In this document: positions 57,948 through 64,000 of the stretch, piece after piece
Numbering within the stretch: position 1 is the stretch's first letter
Layout of the letters: each line of letters begins with the position of its first letter
Assembly (NCBI GenBank): GCA_004764695.1
Contig: SMSO01000036.1
Location: 1,302,001-1,366,000 of the forward strand
Reading direction: 5' to 3'
Length of the DNA: 64,000 nucleotides
DNA from: Schizochytrium sp. TIO01
Taxonomy: Eukaryota; Protista; Bigyra: Labyrinthulomycetes
Position numbers and translations under genes: made by a program
The notes under the pieces: model-generated
What the model was told of the DNA's origin: nothing
The model's database searches: none
Seen by the model: only the letters and a program-made list of their open reading frames with translations

Positions 57948-58862
57948 ATGTCTTGGAGCGCAGAAAGCTCAGCGTACGTGCCTCCGGGTGGAGGCTACCC
58001 CACACGGCTTTCTTATGGCCGTGAGGGCGGCAGCGGCTCTTCAAGCGGACGCTTTCATGAGGCTGTGCAAGCAGCAAGTGAAGCGGCTTCGACGTTTTCC
58101 ACGCGTTGGGTTGACACGTGCAATTCGATTGGAAAACAAACCAAGATCTCTGTGAGCAACTACACTGATGTTTCGTATGCTTTGACGCTAGAGGTTGGAG
58201 GCGTGGTGTATCAGCGTGAGACTCTTCCCGCGAATGAAGCTCTGGTGTCCCAGGACGGTGCCGGCGCAAGCTTGACAGGCCGCAGAGGATCTGCGAGAGA
58301 TTATTTAGGCTCAAACTTTGCGGTAGTCAAATTTGATTGTGGCTTTGTATTTTATACGATCACAGCGACACCGATTGTGGAGGACGTGAGCTCCAGAATG
58401 CGTGTCAAGGGCACACAGAGACTTCACTTTGTGTATGGAGGGTCGAAGGTGACACTTCGGTCAGACCTTCGTGAGCCGCAGGGATTTAAGCTCTTAAATG
58501 AGAGCTCAGAGATTGGAGGCAACGAAATGTCGGAAGATCTGGAAATTACTCTCGAGGCAACGCGCCAGTCATTACAGCATGTCAAGGACCAGTATATCGA
58601 CCCCGCTGTGCAAAAGGTTCGCACCAGTATTCAAAACTCCATGTCGTCAAGAAACATGAATGGCGGCAATTCAGGTGCGAACAGCTCACACGCTTTTGGT
58701 TCAGAAGCTTATGATGACTATAGCCAAGCGCCTTCATTTCGCGAAACGCAGCAGAAAAAGTCGTCTACCAAATCTTCACCAAAGCAGAACCAACAGCAAG
58801 ACGACGACGAGGATGACTTTGCGCACAACTACTATGCACCTATCTCGTCAGATGATGTGTGA
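57948..58862 (+). CDS. Hypothetical protein
   Basis: Open frame from the first ATG at 57948 (304 aa), with a beta-rich central segment and a low-complexity tail. Start uncertain. Confidence 0.7.
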   Translation: MSWSAESSAYVPPGGGYPTRLSYGREGGSGSSSGRFHEAVQAASEAASTFSTRWVDTCNSIGKQTKISVSNYTDVSYALTLEVGGVVYQRETLPANEALVSQDGAGASLTGRRGSARDYLGSNFAVVKFDCGFVFYTITATPIVEDVSSRMRVKGTQRLHFVYGGSKVTLRSDLREPQGFKLLNESSEIGGNEMSEDLEITLEATRQSLQHVKDQYIDPAVQKVRTSIQNSMSSRNMNGGNSGANSSHAFGSEAYDDYSQAPSFRETQQKKSSTKSSPKQNQQQDDDEDDFAHNYYAPISSDDV

Positions 58863-59292
58863 TTTGATTTGAAGGACAAGTCATGAAGTGTGAAGCCTGC
58901 CAAGTAGACATATTAAACGCAAGCTTTCCTATTATGCGCCACAAGGATAGTGTTGTATACGTACCATTCCAGTCGTCTCCTACTCGGATGCAGGGAATGC
59001 CATCTTGTCGTATCAACAAGAAGGGACAGCTGATATACTAATAACCATTTTTTTCTGATTCAGTTTATTGATCTAAACAAAGCTCTGCTGTTCTTACATA
59101 TACAGAGGAAAAGTATTTTTTTGTATCTCATGACGCAGAACCCAACAATCAGGATGAGAAGCAAAGCGGTAAGGGGTGCAGGTTGCTTTTCCGTTAAACG
59201 TGTAAATGTAGAGAGTTCAACATTGAAGATATGGTATGTATGTGGTTTATATCAACTTTTATATAATGCTAAGAATAAAAATGCAAACTCTA

Positions 59293-60861
59293 TTAAGTAG
59301 AGTAGGAGGAGGGAGAGGAGGAAGAAGTGACTTCATAGTCAAGCTCACTACTAAATGTACCAGGTCCTCGACTGTGACAAACAAGCAGGCCTTCTGGAAC
59401 GACTGCCTTAGCATGGCCCCCATTGGCTACGCGGTGGCCAAGCTCCGGGTAATCACTAACATGGAAAGAGTATGGTGTTCCATCCTTAAGAATTCCCCGG
59501 ATATATGTATCCTCTTCCTCAATCAGAACCTCGTAGATAACCTCACCGCGATTATCCTCAGCATCTGGGTCCGAATACGATGTATCAGCTGTAATGACCG
59601 TGAGGTTTGGGTCTGAGTCACGGCGAATGACCGTAGGGGTCACACCATGCGGTCTATGCCCCGACACCACTCTTCTAATACCACTCTTGGTAAGGAACTC
59701 TGCTACCTTGTCCGAAATTGGCTCTGGGAGGGTGTCATCACTCTCTAGCCAGTCATTATAAACAACTCCGCGGCCTTCCACGCCTCCAGGGCGACTGTAG
59801 TCCATAACAAGATCGCCGTTCTTATTAGGTGCATGGTGTAAGGGGTCTTGACGCCAAATCGCCAGTTGTTCTCTATAGAAAGAGTTAAGCTTGCTAATCC
59901 AATCCCTTGCTTCTGACACCACAAATCCGCCCGTACGGCTCGTTGGAACAAATCCTAGTCCTCTCTCAGGAACTGCCCCATGAACAAATAATGTATCACC
60001 CAAAAGCACCGCCAACTGTGCTGCCTCCAGATATTCAATCATATATCCTCCAGGTCGGACTGAATCGCCAAAAGAGGCTACAACATCATCATCAGATGCC
60101 TCGAAAGGTCTATTGTTTGACATTTCCTTTTGATCACCTTTGCTAAGATCTTCGTAATCAATGTTTTTGAGCTTGTTATTGTCATTCTGACTGCCAACTT
60201 CAGAGTTGCGAGGGTTGTGGGAGCCAGATTTCTTGGCTTCCCCGAGCTCGCTGAGCTCTTGCCTTCGTCGCTCAAATGCATTTGGAGATCCCATGGTGCG
60301 ACTAAGCATGGTTCTAAGGAAGTCTGCAGCATTTTCATGAGTTTCAGGGCGAGTTTCTGAAGCATTGCAACTGTTAATTCGGTCGAAATTTTCCTGCGCA
60401 GAGTCAATTCGAGGCCAGAGCTCGGAGCTGAAGCGAAGCTTGTTAATATCGCGGTTTCCAGCGAGTAGGAATACACGATCTGGGTGGCGGTGCTTGAGAT
60501 CAACGAGGGCTCTCGCAATACGAATGTCTCCAGGTCCATGGTCGCAGACATCACCGCCATAGACAAACTTGCCTTGGTCATCGGCAAAGTCCAGCTCTAG
60601 CCCTGCCGCGCTACGAGAGGTCAGCTTCAGTACGCTGGAAAACTCCACACTGCGCACAAAGAATTCCAAGTTGCCCTCAACATCAGTTAGAAATCCTGTG
60701 CGGACGCTGCCTCCATGAGCTCCATCATGACCGTCATGGCTGCCAGAAGTGCTTGGTGCAGCTGTCGAGTACGGAGAGAGGTTACCTAGGGTTGGTCTAG
60801 GCCGGATCAGGTGTCTCGCAAAAGTCGCTGCACGCGAGCAAAACCCCGACCGCAGGAGCAT
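59293..60861 (-). CDS. Calcineurin-like metallophosphoesterase with atypical motifs and a probable mitochondrial presequence
   Basis: TDVEGN, GGDVCDHGPGD, LAGNRDINK, LFVHG, VSGHRPHG, DTSYS. The first ~40 aa are R/S/A-rich and acid-free. Confidence 0.85.
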   Translation of the reverse strand: MLLRSGFCSRAATFARHLIRPRPTLGNLSPYSTAAPSTSGSHDGHDGAHGGSVRTGFLTDVEGNLEFFVRSVEFSSVLKLTSRSAAGLELDFADDQGKFVYGGDVCDHGPGDIRIARALVDLKHRHPDRVFLLAGNRDINKLRFSSELWPRIDSAQENFDRINSCNASETRPETHENAADFLRTMLSRTMGSPNAFERRRQELSELGEAKKSGSHNPRNSEVGSQNDNNKLKNIDYEDLSKGDQKEMSNNRPFEASDDDVVASFGDSVRPGGYMIEYLEAAQLAVLLGDTLFVHGAVPERGLGFVPTSRTGGFVVSEARDWISKLNSFYREQLAIWRQDPLHHAPNKNGDLVMDYSRPGGVEGRGVVYNDWLESDDTLPEPISDKVAEFLTKSGIRRVVSGHRPHGVTPTVIRRDSDPNLTVITADTSYSDPDAEDNRGEVIYEVLIEEEDTYIRGILKDGTPYSFHVSDYPELGHRVANGGHAKAVVPEGLLVCHSRGPGTFSSELDYEVTSSSSPSSYST

Positions 60862-62846
60862 TGCGCCAAAGGGGATTTAGGCACTCAACTTGAAGGTTTC
60901 GACCTAACTCCGAAGTGCACCTCTTCGAGGTACCCAGGTACTATATTTCTGGAGAACTTGATACCATGAAATACCGGATTCAATGGTATATAGGCATTCG
61001 AAATTCTGCGATCATCCAGAGAAAGCGCCAAAAGCGCTGCCAGGGCCCAGGCATGGCGTGCATTAACGCAGATTTGCAATCGCAGCATCCATTTCATCTC
61101 GTTACATTTCCTTTATTGATTTCATTCCATGGCACTTTTCTTTTCTTTTCTTTTCTTCTCTTCACTGCTCTTTTCTCTTTGATACTTAGGCTACTAAGTA
61201 AGGCTGGTAGTAGTAGTAGGTTTCGAGTGGTAGTGTAGTTATCTATGATCCTTGAAGCAAGGCACTTTATCAGGTTCATCACATTCCATCTCTTTATGCA
61301 AAGTTGTTTGGGATTCTTCGTTGATACTTTAGTTGTATATCGAAGAGGATGGCGGAAATGCAAATGGCTGGAACCGGAACCAGGGATGTTTAGATTAATA
61401 TATTTCTACAAGTTGCTTATCCCATTATTCCATTCGCGAACCCCAACACCTCGGCTTCCAAAGGATCGAGTTGGCTTTTGGCGACTGTTTGCAGTAGAAG
61501 TTGTATTAAGAGGTATGTTTCTTGAAGTCGTGATTTTCATGTCAAATTGCGCATTACTTTTATTCATATCTCCCTATTAAAAGACATTTGTAGGTATATA
61601 CTTGGGGGTATTCAAGGCTGCTGTGAAAAAGGGAATCGCCCCAAAAACGTGTACGCGTCTTGAACAGTTCTCTTTCTAAAAGCTATCAAGCAGGAAACAA
61701 TATTCGAGAGCCTTAAGTATTGCGTTGCGTCAACATGAGCCAATTTGGAGTTCAAGAGAACGCTATACATTTGTTGGACAAGCATTGTTAAGCCAAAAAC
61801 TAACCTTTATAATACTAGGTATCTGCTTCGTCAGCTAAGTTTGGTACCCCTTTCTCCTTTTCTTCCCGAGCATTGTACTGCTTCTTCACTATTTGAAAAC
61901 AGGAAATCGAACAACCTATGTGCGAGCAGGTTTATTCTTATTCTTCCTGAAAATATCCAGCATTTTCATAGCATATCGCAGTTGCATGACGCGATATCGA
62001 TCATTATAGTCATCATTCCTCTCTAGAGAATTCTAAGTCAAAAACATTACTTTCTAAAACAAAATACAAGTTTCTTTTTGTTTGGACGAATTGACACCTG
62101 GTAAAATCGCATACCATCACCATTCAAGTATCCTAGTTTTGCGTTCGCCAATCAATCTATCGATCCATTTCCATTCGCTGTTTGATCTAGCTACAATTCA
62201 CGCTCCATTGCGATGTTTGTGCGTAGGTACATTCCTTTATATTATATGGACGCTCGGATCAGGTCTAAGAGCGACCCTCGATACTTTAACTCCACCAGCT
62301 CTTACGAACAAGATCTCGTGAACAATTTTGTGTGAATAAAAACTAAACAAATACCATACTTAAAATCACCAACTCGTGCAGACTTGTAGAACAGCTGCAA
62401 CTTGAAACAGGCAATAAGTATCGTACAGTTCAGATTGGCTATGGTCAACATGATCGAACCTGGATTGGAAATTTTTATGATCGACTAGTCTTCATTTTTT
62501 AAATTAAAACTTTTAAAGGAAAAAATAAAACCAAAAATAACTTTGAACTAGCGATTAGTAGTAGGTACATACATTTTTAATCGACCATTAGGTATTACAT
62601 TTAGGCCTACATATGTATTTAGTGATTTTTTAAAAGTATAGGCTACGAATAAATATTCTTTTCAAGCCTTCTTTCCAATTCTTTCTCAAATGCTCAAAAG
62701 CGCGTGCACCCAGGGAGGGAGGGAGAAGTACAGACCCCAAGCAATCAAGAGCCCGAAGCGCTCAGTCAGCGGCATCGCGGCGCCTTACGTCTCTGTTGCC
62801 CTGTTCTAGCCTCTGCCCACGTACTGTTGCTGCAGATCGGTTCAAA

Positions 62847-63359
62847 ATGCAGTTTGTACGTCACGATGACGATCTGTCTGCCGATGGCGAATCCAGGACT
62901 GGAAGCGCCAAGGTTCGCACAGACACCAAAGGAGCGTCGCAGGACCAGAAACAGGAGGAAGGGTCTTTGCTGAGTGCACTGGCATCTTGTGTTGGGTGCG
63001 GAGATCGTTTGCGCAAATCTCAGGCGCAGCGAAAGGCTGGATGGCCTTCAACAGGCACAATTGTGGATTCCAGCGACGCTGCAGAGCCCGAGACTGCCTC
63101 ACTTGATCCCACCGCCCTTCCTGATGACAGTTTTGCCGCCAGCATCTCCGCCACTTCACGTATCCCACCTGAGGAGACCCGTGAGAGGCTGGCTAAGGCC
63201 CGCCAGACTCGTGAGTCCCGTGAGCAGCAGGTGAATGATAAGAAGGAGCGTCTCGAACGAGCCAGAGAAGCCCTCGCAGAAAAGGAGCGCCATGTGGAGG
63301 CCCTCCGCAAGCAGGCTTTGCAGCAGCGGGACACTCAGTCTTCTACCGCCGTCATTTAG
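62847..63359 (+). CDS. Hypothetical protein with a C-terminal coiled coil
   Basis: First ATG at 62847 (170 aa) in an AAAATG context; E/R/K-rich helical C-terminus; CVGC motif. Confidence 0.65.
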   Translation: MQFVRHDDDLSADGESRTGSAKVRTDTKGASQDQKQEEGSLLSALASCVGCGDRLRKSQAQRKAGWPSTGTIVDSSDAAEPETASLDPTALPDDSFAASISATSRIPPEETRERLAKARQTRESREQQVNDKKERLERAREALAEKERHVEALRKQALQQRDTQSSTAVI

Positions 63360-64000
63360 GGAAGGACATCATTGTGCAAGTATTGTGCGAGTTTCGTGAT
63401 GTAACAATTCCAACTCTACAAATTTGTCTCTTGGAAAAATGGTACATATGGTGCTCTCTTCAATGAAGATTTAACTTGCCAACGAAGTGAGTTGCGTGGA
63501 CCTTTGAGGATACGGAGCTTCGTTTGTAAGGGTTTTGATCATCACAGAGATTGGGCACGTATTGTGCGCAAGTTGAGTTTGTGGTGTTCTACGTAAATAT
63601 ATTTTGTGCTGAACCAGGAAAAGCCGACGTGAATCGGTTCGAGGCGCTTTGAGATGCCTGCTGAGTTCGGGCAAAAGTTTATTCTTTCTCATAATTCGGG
63701 ATTGAGATGTTGGTGCTTCTGTCCTTTTGAACTAGGTCACTGAAAAGAGACAACATTTTCGCTAGATGGTACATGGTGCTTCTCTTTAATGACTTGAAAC
63801 AAACTATAGGCTAGCAGTTTGAGCCATGGATTTGACCCCGAATTTGTGTATTTCTTTTTCTTCTAGACAAGCTTTTTTCTTCATTGCTTTTTTATTTTCT
63901 CTGTCTTTCATGCGCGGTTTATGGACGCTCAAGTTGGCTGGCTAACCGGTCACAAGACAGGATATTCGCAGACTCTTTAAGTTTTGCTTTGCTGCTTCGT

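Overview
Eukaryotic nuclear DNA, gene-dense and intron-poor, ~44% GC by eye, standard genetic code. It is most consistent with a stramenopile protist such as a thraustochytrid (inference, not verified). The flanks hold housekeeping and hypothetical genes: an SV2-like MFS transporter, ABCE1/RLI1, CPSF1, SRP receptor alpha, a sulfotransferase, KAE1/OSGEP, a WD40 protein and a metallophosphoesterase. They also hold a six-exon CENP-M gene (15281-16509) that the ORF track misses, and whose P-loop is nearly intact. The centre (~21.5-42 kb) is an AT-richer accessory block with four components. (i) A 7.7-kb open frame of ~57 Cys-rich 45-aa ARM-like repeats arranged in shuffled higher-order modules, with an in-frame stop upstream, a frameshift at its end, and a decayed kinase-like remnant directly downstream. 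(ii) A truncated FabG/HSD17B8-type SDR pseudogene. (iii) Three identical minus-strand U3 snoRNA genes in ~1.4-1.5-kb tandem units sharing a putative upstream promoter element. (iv) Other decayed reading frames. A tandem trio of 7TM GPCR-like paralogs, one frameshifted, lies at 47-53 kb. All family calls come from motif recognition by eye; no database searches were run.
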